From contig CAXKVF010000085.1 of the NCBI GenBank assembly GCA_964057225.1, positions 239,303 to 303,302 of the forward strand: DNA of 64,000 nucleotides, read 5' to 3'. The stretch comes from Auanema rhodensis. Its lineage: Eukaryota; Animalia; Nematoda. A model generated the notes under the pieces. The model was given only the letters and a program-made list of their open reading frames with translations, had not been told where the DNA came from and searched no databases. The position numbers and the translations under genes are program-made. Of the stretch, positions 29,481 through 44,700 are shown in pieces. The stretch's first letter is position 1, and the number at the start of each line of letters is the position of its first letter.

Positions 29481-29569
29481 TGTGCACTTGGTATGTAACT
29501 CGCTTCACGTGAAAGATAACGAGAAAATTTACGTGAACTTTAATTTATGCTAATTAAATGTACACGTGA
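29481..29569. repeat. Second copy of the truncated 89-bp monomer
   Basis: Identical junction GATAACGAGA|AAATTTACG at 29524/29525; the next monomer starts at 29570. Confidence 0.97.
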
Positions 29570-31505
29570 TGTGCACTTGGTATGTAACTCGCTTCACGTG
29601 AAAGATAAAGAGATGCGGTTTTCAAAATTAGATTCCCCATGTCCATATTAGTCTAAAAACAAATTTTTATTGATATTAGTTCATGGTAACCATGACTTTG
29701 AAATTTACGTGAACTTTAATTTATGCTAATTAAATGTACACGTGATGTGCACTTGGTATGTAACTCGCTTCACGTGAAAGATAAAGAGATGCGGTTTTCA
29801 AAATTAGATTCCCCATGTCCATATTAGTCTAAAAACAAATTTTTATTGATATTGGTTCATGGTAACCATGACTTTGAAATTTACGTGAACTTTAATTAAT
29901 GCTAATTAAATGTACACGTGATGTGCACTTGGTATGTAACTCGCTTCACGTGAAAGATAAAGAGATGCGGTTTTCAAAATTAGATTCCCCATGTCCATAT
30001 TAGTCTAAAAACAAATTTTTATTGATATTGCTTTATGGTAACCATGACTTTGAAATTTACGTGAACTTTAATTTATGCTAATTAAATGTACACGTGATGT
30101 GCACTTGGTATGTAACTCGCTTCACGTGAAAGATAAAGAGATGCGGTTTTCAAAATTAGATTCCCCATGTCCATATTAGTCTAAAAACAAATTTTTATTG
30201 ATATTGGTGCATGGTAACCATGACTTTGAAATTTACGTGAACTTTAATTTATGCTAATTAAATGTACACGTGATGTGCACTTGGTATGTAACTCGCTTCA
30301 CGTGAAAGATAAAGAGATGCGGTTTTCAAAATTAGATTCCCCATGTCCATATTAGTCTAAAAACAAATTTTTATTGATATTGGTTCATGGTAACCATGAC
30401 TTTGAAATTTACGTGAACTTTAATTAATGCTAATTAAATGTACACGTGATGTGCACTTGGTATGTAACTCGCTTCACGTGAAAGATAAAGAGATGCGGTT
30501 TTCAAAATTAGATTCCCCATGTCCATATTAGTCTAAAAACAAATTTTTATTGATATTGGTTCATGGTAACCATGACTTTGAAATTTACGTGAACTTTAAT
30601 TAATGCTAATTAAATGTACACGTGATGTGCACTTGGTATGTAACTCGCTTCACGTGAAAGATAAAGAGATGCGGTTTTCAAAATTAGATTCCCCATGTCC
30701 ATATTAGTCTAAAAACAAATTTTTATTGATATTGCTTCATGGTAACCATGACTTTGAAATTTACGTGAACTTTAATTTATGCTAATTAAATGTACACGTG
30801 ATGTGCACTTGGTATGTAACTCGCTTCACGTGAAAGATAAAGAGATGCGGTTTTCAAAATTAGATTCCCCATGTCCATATTAGTCTAAAAACAAATTTTT
30901 ATTGATATTGGTGCATGGTAACCATGACTTTGAAATTTACGTGAACTTTAATTTATGCTAATTAAATGTACACGTGATGTGCACTTGGTATGTAACTCGC
31001 TTCACGTGAAAGATAAAGAGATGCGGTTTTCAAAATTAGATTCCCCATGTCCATATTAGTCTAAAAACAAATTTTTATTGATATTGCTTCATGGTAACCA
31101 TGACTTTGAAATTTACGTGAACTTTAATTTATGCTAATTAAATGTACACGTGATGTGCACTTGGTATGTAACTCGCTTCACGTGAAAGATAAAGAGATGC
31201 GGTTTTCAAAATTAGATTCCCCATGTCCATATTAGTCTAAAAACAAATTTTTATTGATATTGGTTCATGGTAACCATGACTTTGAAATTTACGTGAACTT
31301 TAATTAATGCTAATTAAATGTACACGTGATGTGCACTTGGTATGTAACTCGCTTCACGTGAAAGATAAAGAGATGCGGTTTTCAAAATTAGATTCCTCAT
31401 GTCCATATTAGTCTAAAAACAAATTTTTATTGATATTGCTTCATGGTAACCATGACTTTGAAATTTACGTGAACTTTAATTTATGCTAATTAAATGTACA
31501 CGTGA

Positions 31506-32913
31506 TGTGCACTTGGTATGTAACTCGCTTCACGTGAAAGATAAAGAGATGCGGTTTTCAAAATTAGATTCCCCATGTCCATATTAGTCTAAAAACAAAT
31601 TTTTATTGATATTGGTTCATGGTAACCATGACTTTGAAATTTACGTGAACTTTAATTAATGCTAATTAAATGTACACGTGATGTGCACTTGGTATGTAAC
31701 TCGCTTCACGTGAAAGATAAAGAGATGCGGTTTTCAAAATTAGATTCCCCATGTCCATATTAGTCTAAAAACAAATTTTTATTGATATTGCTTCATGGTA
31801 ACCATGACTTTGAAATTTACGTGAACTTTAATTTATGCTAATTAAATGTACACGTGATGTGCACTTGGTATGTAACTCGCTTCACGTGAAAGATGAAGAG
31901 ATGCGGTTTTCAAAATTAGATTCCCCATGTCCATATTAGTCTAAAAACAAATTTTTATTGATATTGGTTCATGGTAACCATGACTTTGAATTTTACGTGA
32001 ACTTTAATTTATGCTAATTAAATGTACACGTGATGTGCACTTGGTATGTAACTCGCTTCACGTGAAAGATAAAGAAATGCGGTTTTCAAAATTAGATTCC
32101 CCATGTCCATATTAGTCTAAAAACAAATTTTCATTGATATTGGTTCATGGTAACCATGACTTTGAAATTTACGTGAACTTTAATTTATGCTAATTAAATG
32201 TACACGTGATGTGCACTTGGTATGTAACTCGCTTCACGTGAAAGATAAAGAGATGCGGTTTTCAAAATTAGATTCCCCATGTCCATATTAGTCTAAAAAC
32301 AAATTTTTATTGATATTGGTTCATGGTAACCATGACTTTGAAATTTACGTGAACTTTAATTAATGCTAATTAAATGTACACGTGATGTGCACTTGGTATG
32401 TAACTCGCTTCACGTGAAAGATAAAGAGATGCGGTTTTCAAAATTAGATTCCCCATGTCCATATTAGTCTAAAAACAAATTTTTATTGATATTGCTTCAT
32501 GGTAACCATGACTTTGAAATTTACGTGAACTTTAATTTATGCTAATTAAATGTACACGTGATGTGCACTTGGTATGTAACTCGCTTCACGTGAAAGATGA
32601 AGAGATGCGGTTTTCAAAATTAGATTCCCCATGTCCATATTAGTCTAAAAACAAATTTTTATTGATATTGGTTCATGGTAACCATGACTTTGAATTTTAC
32701 GTGAACTTTAATTTATGCTAATTAAATGTACACGTGATGTGCACTTGGTATGTAACTCGCTTCACGTGAAAGATAAAGAAATGCGGTTTTCAAAATTAGA
32801 TTCCCCATGTCCATATTAGTCTAAAAACAAATTTTCATTGATATTGGTTCATGGTAACCATGACTTTGAAATTTACGTGAACTTTAATTTATGCTAATTA
32901 AATGTACACGTGA
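31506..32913. repeat. 4-mer higher-order repeat, 2 copies (704 bp each)
   Basis: Series [G112T+T153A],[G110C+G112T],[A38G+G112T+A134T],[G43A+T99C+G112T] at 31506-32209 and 32210-32913. Confidence 0.9.
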
Positions 32914-35900
32914 TGTGCACTTGGTATGTAACTCGCTTCACGTGAAAGATAAAGAGATGAGGTTTTCAAAATTAGATTCCCCATGTCCATATTAGTCTAA
33001 AAACAAATTTTTATTGATATTAGTGCATGGTAACCATGACTTTGAAATTTACGTGAACTTTAATTTATGCTAATTAAATGTACACGTGATGTGCACTTGG
33101 TATGTAACTCGCTTCACGTGAAAGATGAAGAGATGCGGTTTTCAAAATTAGATTCCCCATGTCCATATTAGTCTAAAAACAAATTTTTATTGATATTGGT
33201 TCATGGTAACCATGACTTTGAAATTTACGTGAACTTTAATTTATGCTAATTAAATGTACACGTGATGTGCACTTGGTATGTAACTCGCTTCACGTGAAAG
33301 ATAAAGAGATGCGGTTTTCAAAATTAGATTCCCCATGTCCATATTAGTTTAAAAACAAATTTTTATCGATATTAGTGCATGGTAACCATGACTTGGAAAT
33401 TTACGTGAACTTTAATTTATGCTAATTAAATGTACACGTGATGTGCACTTGGTATGTAACTCGCTTCACGTGAAAGATAAAAAGATGCGGTTTTCAAAAT
33501 TAGATTCCCCATGTCCATATTAGTCTAAAAACAAATTTTTATTGATATTGGTGCATGGTAACCATGACTTTGAAATTTACGTGAACTTTAATTTATGCTA
33601 ATTAAATGTACACGTGATGTGCACTTGGTATGTAACTCGCTTCACGTGAAAGATAAAGAGATGCGGTTTTCAAAATTAGATTCCCCATATCCATATTAGT
33701 CTAAAAACAAATTTTTATTGATATTGGTTCATGGTAACCATGACTTTGAAATTTACGTGAACTTTAATTTATGCTAATAAAATGTACACGTGATGTGCAC
33801 TTGGTATGTAACTCGCTTCACGTGAAAGATAAAGAGATGCGGTTTTCAAAATTAGATTCCCCATGTCCATATTAGTCTAAAAACAAATTTTTATTGATAT
33901 TGGTGCATGGTAACCATGACTTTGAAATTTACGTGAACTTTAATTTATGCTAATTAAATGTACACGTGATGTGCACTTGGTATGTAACTCGCTTCACGTG
34001 AAAGATGAAGAGATGCGGTTTTCAAAATTAGATTCCCCATGTCCATATTAGTCTAAAAACAAATTTTTATTGATATTGGTGCATGGTAACCATGACTTTG
34101 AAATTTACGTGAACTTTAATTTATGCTAATTAAATGTACACGTGATGTGCACTTGGTATGTAACTCGCTTCACGTGAAAGATAAAGAGATGCGGTTTTCA
34201 AAATTAGATTCCCCATGTCCATATTAGTCTAAAAACAAATTTTTATTGATATTGGTGCATGGTAACCATGACTTTGAAATTTACGTGAACTTTAATTTAT
34301 GCTAATTAAATGTACACGTGATGTGCACTTGGTATGTAACTCGCTTCACGTGAAAGATAAAGAGATGCGGTTTTCAAAATTAGATTCCCCATGTCCATAT
34401 TAGTCTAAAAACAAATTTTTATTGATATTGGTGCATGGTAACCATGACTTTGAAAGTTACGTGAACTTTAATTTATGCTAATTAAATGTACACGTGATGT
34501 GCACTTGGTATGTAACTCGCTTCACGTGAAAGATAAAGAGATGCGGTTTTCAAAATTAGATTCCCCATGTCCATATTAGTCTAAAAACAAATTTTTATTG
34601 ATATTGGTTCATGGTAACCATGACTTTGAAATTTACGTGAACTTTAATTTATGCTAATTAAATGTACACGTGATGTGCACTTGGTATGTAACTGGCTTCA
34701 CGTGAAAGATAAAGAGATGCGGTTTTCAAAATTAGATTCCCCATGTCCATATTAGTCTAAAAACAAATTTTTATTGATATTGGTGCATGGTAACCATGAC
34801 TTTGAAATTTACGTGAACTTTAATTTATGCTAATTAAATGTACACGTGATGTGCACTTGGTATGTAACTCGCTTCACGTGAAAGATAAAGAGATGCGGTT
34901 TTCAAAATTAGATTCCCCATGTCCATATTAGTTTAAAAACAAATTTTTATTGATATTGGTGCATGGTAACCATGACTTTGAAATTTACGTGAACTTTAAT
35001 TTATGCTAATTAAATGTACACGTGATGTGCACTTGGTATGTAACTCGCTTCACGTGAAAGATAAAGAGATGCGGTTTTCAAAATTAGATTCCCCATGTCT
35101 ATATTAGTCTAAAAACAAATTTTTATTGATATTGGTTCATGGTAACCATGACTTTGAAATTTACGTGAACTTTAATTTATGCTAATTAAATGTACACGTG
35201 ATGTGCACTTGGTATGTAACTCGCTTCACGTGAAAGATAAAGAGATGCGGTTTTCAAAATTAGATTCCCCATGTCCATATTAGTCTAAAAACAAATTTTT
35301 ATTGATATTGGTGCATGGTAACCATGACTTTGAAATTTACGTGAACTTTAATTTATGCTAATTAAATGTACACGTGATGTGCACTTAGTATGTAACTCGC
35401 TTCACGTGAAAGATAAAGAGATGCGGTTTTCAAAATTAGATTCCCCATGTCCATATTAGTCTAAAAACAAATTTTTATTGATATTGGTTCATGGTAACCA
35501 TGACTTTGAAATTTACGTGAACTTTAATTTATGCTAATTAAATGTACACGTGATGTGCACTTGGTATGTAACTCGCTTCACGTGAAAGATAAAGAGATGC
35601 GGTTTTCAAAATTAGATTCCCCATGTCCATATTAGTCTAAAAACAAATTTTTATTGATATTGGTGCATGGTAACCATGACTTTGAAATTTACGTGAACTT
35701 TAATTTATGCTAATTAAATGTACACGTGATGTGCACTTGGTATGTAACTCGCTTCACGTGAAAGATGAAGAGATGCGGTTTGCAAAATTAGATTCCCCAT
35801 GTCTATATTAGTCTAAAAACAAATTTTTATTGACATTGGTGCATGGTAACCATGACTTTGAAATTTACGTGAACTTTAATTTATGCTAATTAAATGTACA

Positions 35901-38900
35901 CGTGATGTGCACTTGGTATGTAACTCGCTTCTCACGTGAAAGATAAAGAGATGCGGTTTTCAAAATTAGATTCCCCATGTCCATATTAGTCTAAAAACAA
36001 ATTTTTATTGATATTGGTGCATGGTAACCATGACTTTGAAATTTACGTGAACTTTAATTTATGCTAATTAAATGTACACGTGATGTGCACTTGGTATGTA
36101 ACTCGCTTCACGTGAAAGATGAAGAGATGCGGTTTTCAAAATTAGATTCCCCATGTCCATATTAGTCTAAAAACAAATTTTTATTAATATTGGTTCATGG
36201 TAACCATGACTTTGAAATTTACGTGAACTTTAATTTATGCTAATTAAATGTACACGTGATGTGCACTTGGTATGTAACTCGCTTCACGTGAAAGATAAAG
36301 AGATGCGGTTTTCAAAATTAGATTCCCCATGTCCATATTAGTCTAAAAACAAATTTTTATTGATATTGGTGCATGGTAACCATGACTTTGAAATTTACGT
36401 GAACTTTAATTTATGCTAATTAAATGTACACGTGATGTGCACTTGGTATGTAACTCGCTTCACGTGAAAGATAAGGAGATGCGGTTTTCAAAATTAGATT
36501 CCCCATGTCCATATTAGTCTAAAAACAAATTTTTATTGATATTGGTGCATGGTAACCATGACTTTGAAATTTACGTGAACTTTAATTTATGCTAATTAAA
36601 TGTACACGTGATGTGCACTTGGTATGTAACTCGCTTCACGTGAAAGATAAAGAGATGCGGTTTTCAAAATTAGATTCCCCATGTCCATATTAGTCTAAAA
36701 ACAAATTTTTATTGATATTGGTGCATGGTAACCATGACTTTGAAATTTACGTGAACTTTAATTTATGCTAATTAAATGTACACGTGATGTGCACTTGGTA
36801 TGTAACTCGCTTCACGTGAAAGATGAAGAGATGCGGTTTTCAAAATTAGATTCCCCATGTCCATATTAGTCTAAAAACAAATTTTTATTGATATTGGTGC
36901 ATGGTAACCATGACTTTGAAATTTACGTGAACTTTAATTTATGCTAATTAAATGTACACGTGATGTGCACTTGGTATGTAACTCGCTTCACGTGAAAGAT
37001 GAAGAGATGCGGTTTTCAAAATTAGATTCCCCATGTCCATATTAGTCTAAAAACAAATTTTTATTGATATTGGTGCATGGTAACCATGACTTTGAAATTT
37101 ACGTGAACTTTAATTTATGCTAATTAAATGTACACGTGATGTGCACTTGGTATGTAACTCGCTTCACGTGAAAGATAAATAGATGCGGTTTTCAAAATTA
37201 GATTCCCCATGTCCATATTAGTCTAAAAACAAATTTTTATTGATATTGGTTCATGGTAACCATGACTTTGAAATTTACGTGAACTTTAATTTATGCTAAT
37301 TAAATGTACACGTGATGTGCTCTTGGTATGTAACTCGCTTCACGTGAAAGATAAAGAGATGCGGTTTTCAAAATTAGATTCCCCATGTCCATATTAGTCT
37401 AAAAACAAATTTTTATTGATATTGGTGCATGGTAACCATGACTTTGAAATTTACGTGAACTTTAATTTATGCTAATTAAATGTACACGTGATGTGCACTT
37501 GGTATGTAACTCGCTTCACGTGAAAGATGAAGAGATGCGGTTTTCAAAATTAGATTCCCCATGTCCATATTAGTCTAAAAACAAATTTTTATTGATATTG
37601 GTGCATGGTAACCATGACTTTGAATTTTACGTGAACTTTAATTTATGCTAATTAAATGTACACGTGATGTGCACTTGGTATGTAACTCGCTTCACGTGAA
37701 AGATAAAGAGATGCGGTTTTCAAAATTAGATTCCCCATGTCCATATTAGTCTAAAAACAAATTTTTATTGATATTGGTGCATGGTAACCATGACTTTGAA
37801 ATTTACGTGAACTTTAATTTATGCTAATTAAATGTACACGTGATGTGCACTTGGTATGTAACTCGCTTCACGTGAAAGATGAAGAGATGCGGTTTTCAAA
37901 ATTAGATTCCCCATGTCCATATTAGTCTAAAAACAAATTTTTATTGATATTGGTGCATGGTAACCATGACTTTGAATTTTACGTGAACTTTAATTTATGC
38001 TAATTAAATGTACACGTGATGTGCACTTGGTATGTAACTCGCTTCACGTGAAAGATAAAGAGATGCGGTTTTCAAAATTAGATTCCCCATGTCCATATTA
38101 GTCTAAAAACAAATTTTTATTGATATTGGTGCATGGTAACCATGACTTTGAAATTTACGTGAACTTTAATTTATGCTAATTAAATGTACACGTGATGTGC
38201 ACTTGGTATGTAACTCGCTTCACGTGAAAGATGAAGAGATGCGGTTTTCAAAATTAGATTCCCCATGTCCATATTAGTCTAAAAACAAATTTTTATTGAT
38301 ATTGGTGCATGGTAACCATGACTTTGAAATTTACGTGAACTTTAATTTATGCTAATTAAATGTACACGTGATGTGCACTTGGTATGTAACTCGCTTCACG
38401 TGAAAGATGAAGAGATGCGGTTTTCAAAATTAGATTCCCCATGTCCATATTAGTCTAAAAACAAATTTTTATTGATATTGGTGCATGGTAACCATGACTT
38501 TGAAATTTACGTGAACTTTAATTTATGCTAATTAAATGTACACGTGATGTGCACTTGGTATGTAACTCGCTTCACGTGAAAGATAAAGAGATGCGGTTTT
38601 CAAAATTAGATTCCCCATGTCCATATTAGTCTAAAAACAAATTTTTATTGATATTGGTTCATGGTAACCATGACTTTGAAATTTACGTGAACTTTAATTT
38701 ATGCTAATTAAATGTACACGTGATGTGCACTTGGTATGTAACTCGCTTCACGTGAAAGATAAAGAGATGCGGTTTTCAAAATTAGATTCCCCATGTCCAT
38801 ATTAGTCTAAAAACAAATTTTTATTGATATTGGTTCATGGTAACCATGACTTTGAAATTTACGTGAACTTTAATTTATGCTAATTAAATGTACACGTGAT

Positions 38901-41715
38901 GTGCACTTGGTATGTAACTCGCTTCACGTGAAAGATAAAGAGATGCGGTTTTCAAAATTAGATTCCCCATGTCCATATTAGTCTAAAAACAAATTTTTAT
39001 TGATATTGGTGCATGGTAACCATGACTTTGAAATTTACGTGAACTTTAATTTATGCTAATTAAATGTACACGTGATGTGCACTTGGTATGTAACTCGCTT
39101 CACGTGAAAGATGAAGAGATGCGGTTTGCAAAATTAGATTCCCCATGTCCATATTAGTCTAAAAACAAATTTTTATTGACATTGGTGCATGGTAACCATG
39201 ACTTTGAAATTTACGTGAACTTTAATTTATGCTAATTAAATATACACGTGATGTGCACTTGGTATGTAACTCGCTTCACGTGAAAGATAAAGAGATGCGG
39301 TTTTCAAAATTAGATTCCCCATGTCCATATTAGTCTAAAAACAAATTTTTATTGATATTGGTGCATGGTAACCATGACTTTGAAATTTACGTGAACTTTA
39401 ATTTATGCTAATTAAATGTACACGTGATGTGCACTTGGTATGTAACTCGCTTCACGTGAAAGATGAAGAGATGCGGTTTTCAAAATTAGATTCCCCATGT
39501 CCATATTAGTCTAAAAACAAATTTTTATTGATATTGGTGCATGGTAACCATGACTTTGAAATTTACGTGAACTTTAATTTATGCTAATTAAATGTACACG
39601 TGATGTGCACTTGGTATGTAACTCGCTTCACGTGAAAGATAAAGAGATGCGGTTTTCAAAATTAGATTCCCCATGTCCATATTAGTCTAAAAACAAATTT
39701 TTATTGATATTGGTGCATGGTAACCATGACTTTGAAATTTACGTGAACTTTAATTTATGCTAATTAAATGTACACGTGATGTGCACTTGGTATGTAACTC
39801 GCTTCACGTGAAAGATGAAGAGATGCGGTTTTTAAAATTAGATTCCCCATGTCCATATTAGTCTAAAAACAAATTTTTATTGATATTGGTGCATGGTAAC
39901 CATGACTTTGAAATTTACGTGAACTTTAATTTATGCTAATTAAATGTACACGTGATGTGCACTTGGTATGTAACTCGCTTCACGTGAAAGATAAAGAGAT
40001 GCGGTTTTCAAAATTAGATTCCCCATGTCCATATTAGTCTAAAAACAAATTTTTATTGATATTGGTGCATGGTAACCATGACTTTGAAATTTACGTGAAC
40101 TTTAATTTATGCTAATTAAATGTACACGTGATGGGCACTTGGTATGTAACTCGCTTCACGTGAAAGATAAAGAGATGCGGTTTTCAAAATTAGATTCCCC
40201 ATGTCCATATTAGTCTAAAAACAAATTTTTATTGATATTGGTTCATGGTAACCATGACTTTGAAATTTACGTGAACTTTAATTTATGCTAATTAAATGTA
40301 TACGTGATGTGCACTTGGTATGTAACTCGCTTCACGTGAAAGATAAAGAGATGCGGTTTTCAAAATTAGATTCCCCATGTCCATATTAGTCTAAAAACAA
40401 ATTTTTATTGATATTGGTGCATGGTAACCATGACTTTGAAATTTACGTGAACTTTAATTTATGCTAATTAAATGTACACGTGATGTGCACTTGGTATGTA
40501 ACTCGCTTCACGTGAAAGATAACGAGATGCGGTTTTCAAAATTAGATTCCCCATGTCCATATTAGTCTAAAAACAAATTTTTATTGGTATTGGTTCATGG
40601 TAACCATGACTTTGAAATTTACGTGAACTTTAATTTATGCTAATTAAATGTACACGTGATGTGCACTTGGTATGTAACTCGCTTCACGTGAAAGATAAAG
40701 AGATGCGGTTTTCAAAATTAGATTCCCCATGTCCATATTAGTCTAAAAACAAATTTTTATTGATATTGGTGCATGGTAACCATGACTTTGAAATTTACGT
40801 GAACTTTAATTTATGCTAATTAAATGTACACGTGATGTGCACTTGGTATGTAACTCGCTTCACGTGAAAAATAAAGAGATGCGGTTTTCAAAATTAGATT
40901 CCCCATGTCCATATTAGTCTAAAAACAAATTTTTATTGACATTGGTGCATGGTAACCATGACTTTGAAATTTACGTGAACTTTAATTTATGCTAATTAAA
41001 TGTACACGTGATGTGCACTTGGTATGTAACTCGCTTCACGTGAAAGATAAAGAGATGCGGTTTTCAAAATTAGATTCCCCATGTCCATATTAGTCTAAAA
41101 ACAAATTTTTATTGATATTGGTGCATGGTAACCATGACTTTGAAATTTACGTGATCTTTAATTTATGCTAATTAAATGTACACGTGATGTGCACTTGGTA
41201 TGTAACTCGCTTCACGTGAAAGATAAAGAGATGCGGTTTTCAAAATTAGATTCCCCATGTCCATATTAGTCTAAAAACAAATTTTTATTGATATTGGTGC
41301 ATGGTAACCATGACTTTGAAATTTACGTGAACTTTAATTTATGCTAATTAAATGTACACGTGATGTGCACTTGGTATGTAACTCGCTTCACGTGAAAGAT
41401 AAAGAGATGCGGTTTTCAAAATTAGATTCCCCATGTCCATATTAGTCTAAAAACAAATTTTTATTGATATTGGTGCATGGTAACCATGACTTTGAAATTT
41501 ACGTGAACTTTAATTTATGCTAATTAAATGTACACGTGATGTGCACTTGGTATGTAACTCGCTTCACGTGAAAGATGAAGAGATGCGGTTTTCAAAATTA
41601 GATTCCCCATGTCCATATTAGTCTAAAAACAAATTTTTATTGATATTGGTGCATGGTAACCATGACTTTGAAATTTACGTGAACTTTAATTTATGCTAAT
41701 TAAATGTACACGTGA

Positions 41716-44700
41716 TGTGCACTTGGTATGTAACTCGCTTCACGTGAAAGATGAAGAGATGCGGTTTTCAAAATTAGATTCCCCATGTCCATATTAGTCT
41801 AAAAACAAATTTTTATTGATATTGGTGCATGGTAACCATGACTTTGAAATTTACGTGAACTTTAATTTATGCTAATTAAATGTACACGTGATGTGCACTT
41901 GGTATGTAACTCGCTTCACGTGAAAGATAAATAGATGCGGTTTTCAAAATTAGATTCCCCATGTCCATATTAGTCTAAAAACAAATTTTTATTGATATTG
42001 GTTCATGGTAACCATGACTTTGAAATTTACGTGAACTTTAATTTATGCTAATTAAATGTACACGTGATGTGCACTTGGTATGTAACTCGCTTCACGTGAA
42101 AGATGAAGAGATGCGGTTTTCAAAATTAGATTCCCCATGTCCATATTAGTCTAAAAACAAATTTTTATTGATATTGGTGCATGGTAACCATGACTTTGAA
42201 ATTTACGTGAACTTTAATTTATGCTAATTAAATGTACACGTGATGTGCACTTGGTATGTAACTCGCTTCACGTGAAAGATAAAGAGATGCGGTTTTCAAA
42301 ATTAGATTCCCCATGTCCATATTAGTCTAAAAACAAATTTTTATTGATATTGGTGCATGGTAACCATGACTTTGAAATTTACGTGAACTTTAATTTATGC
42401 TAATTAAATGTACACGTGATGTGCACTTGGTATGTAACTCGCTTCACGTGAAAGATGAAGAGATGCGGTTTTCAAAATTAGATTCCCCATGTCCATATTA
42501 GTCTAAAAACAAATTTTTATTGATATTGGTGCATGGTAACCATGACTTTGAAATTTACGTGAACTTTAATTTATGCTAATTAAATGTACACGTGATGTGC
42601 ACTTGGTATGTAACTCGCTTCACGTGAAAGATAAAGAGATGCGGTTTTCAAAATTAGATTCCCCATGTCCATATTAGTCTAAAAACAAATTTTTATTGAT
42701 ATTGGTTCATGGTAACCATGACTTTGAAATTTACGTGAACTTTAATTTATGCTAATTAAATGTACACGTGATGTGCACTTGGTATGTACTTCGCTTCACG
42801 TGAAAGATAAAGAGATGCGGTTTTCAAAATTAGATTCCCATGTCCATATTAGTCTAAAAACAAATTTTTATTGATATTGGTTCATGGTAACCATGACTTT
42901 GAAATTTACGTGAACTTTAATTTATGCTAATTAAATGTACACGTGATGTGCACTTGGTATGTAACTCGCTTCACGTGAAAGATAAAGAGATGTGGTTTTC
43001 AAAATTAGATTCCCCATGTCCATATTAGTCTAAAAACAAATTTTTATTGATATTGGTGCATGGTAACCATGACTTTGAAATTTACGTGAACTTTAATTTA
43101 TGCTAATTAAATGTACACGTGATGTGCACTTGGTATGTAACTCGCTTCACGTGAAAGATAAAGAGATGCGGTTTTCAAAATTAGATTCCCCATGTCCATA
43201 TTAGTCTAAAAACAAATTTTTATTGATATTGGTGCATGGTAACCATGACTTTCAAATTTACGTGAACTTTAATTTATGCTAATTAAATGTACACGTGATG
43301 TGCACTTGGTATGTAACTCGCTTCACGTGAAAGATGAAGAGATGCGGTTTTCAAAATTAGATTCCCCATGTCCATATTAGTCTAAAAACAAATTTTTATT
43401 GATATTGGTGCATGGTAACCATGACTTTGAAATTTACGTGAACTTTAATTTATGCTAATTAAATGTACACGTGATGTGCACTTGGTATGTAACTCGCTTC
43501 ACGTGAAAGATGAAGAGATGCGGTTTTCAAAATTAGATTCCCCATGTCCATATTAGTCTAAAAACAAATTTTTATTGATATTGGTGCATGGTAACCATGA
43601 CTTTGAAATTTACGTGAACTTTAATTTATGCTAATTAAATGTACACGTGATGTGCACTTGGTATGTAACTCGCTTCACGTGAAAGATAAAGAGATGCGGT
43701 TTTCAAAATTAGATTCCCCATGTCCATATTAGTCTAAAAACAAATTTTTATTGATATTGGTTCATGGTAACCATGACTTTGAAATTTACGTGAACTTTAA
43801 TTTATGCTAATTAAATGTACACGTGATGTGCACTTGGTATGTAACTCGCTTCACGTGAAAGATAAAGAGATGCGGTTTTCAAAATTAGATTCCCCATGTC
43901 CATATTAGTCTAAAAACAAATTTTTATTGATATTGGTGCATGGTAACCATGACTTTGAAATTTACGTGAACTTTAATTTATGCTAATTAAATGTACACGT
44001 GATGGGCACTTGGTATGTAACTCGCTTCACGTGAAAGATAAAGAGATGCGGTTCTCAAAATTAGATTCCCCATGTCCATATTAGTCTAAAAACAAATTTT
44101 TATTGATATTGGTTCATGGTAACCATGACTTTGAAATTTACGTGAACTTTAATTTATGCTAATTAAATGTACACGTGATGTGCACTTGGTATGTAACTCG
44201 CTTCACGTGAAAGATAAAGAGATGCGGTTTTCAAAATTAGATTCCCCATGTCCATATTAGTCTAAAAACAAATTTTTATTGATATTGGTGCATGGTAACC
44301 ATGACTTTGAAATTTACGTGAACTTTAATTTATGCTAATTAAATGTACACGTGATGTGCACTTGGTATGTAACTCGCTTCACGTGAAAGATAAAGAGATG
44401 CGGTTTTCAAAATTAGATTCCCCATGTCCATATTAGTCTAAAAACAAATTTTTATTGATATTGGTGCATGGTAACCATGACTTTGAAATTTACGTGAACT
44501 TTAATTTATGCTAATTAAATGTACACGTGATGTGCACTTGGTATGTAACTCGCTTCACGTGAAAGATAACGAGATGCGGTTTTCAAAATTAGATTCCCCA
44601 TGTCCATATTAGTCTAAAAACAAATTTTTATTGGTATTGGTTCATGGTAACCATGACTTTGAAATTTACGTGAACTTTAATTTATGCTAATTAAATGTAC

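Larger units (their letters stand above)
26048..30097. repeat. 12-mer higher-order repeat, 2 apparently identical copies (2025 bp = 11x176 + 89)
   Basis: G22T, A106G, T85A+A106G, the truncated monomer, G109A and G110C+G112T+C113T all recur at exactly +2025 bp (26048-28072, 28073-30097). Confidence 0.95.
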
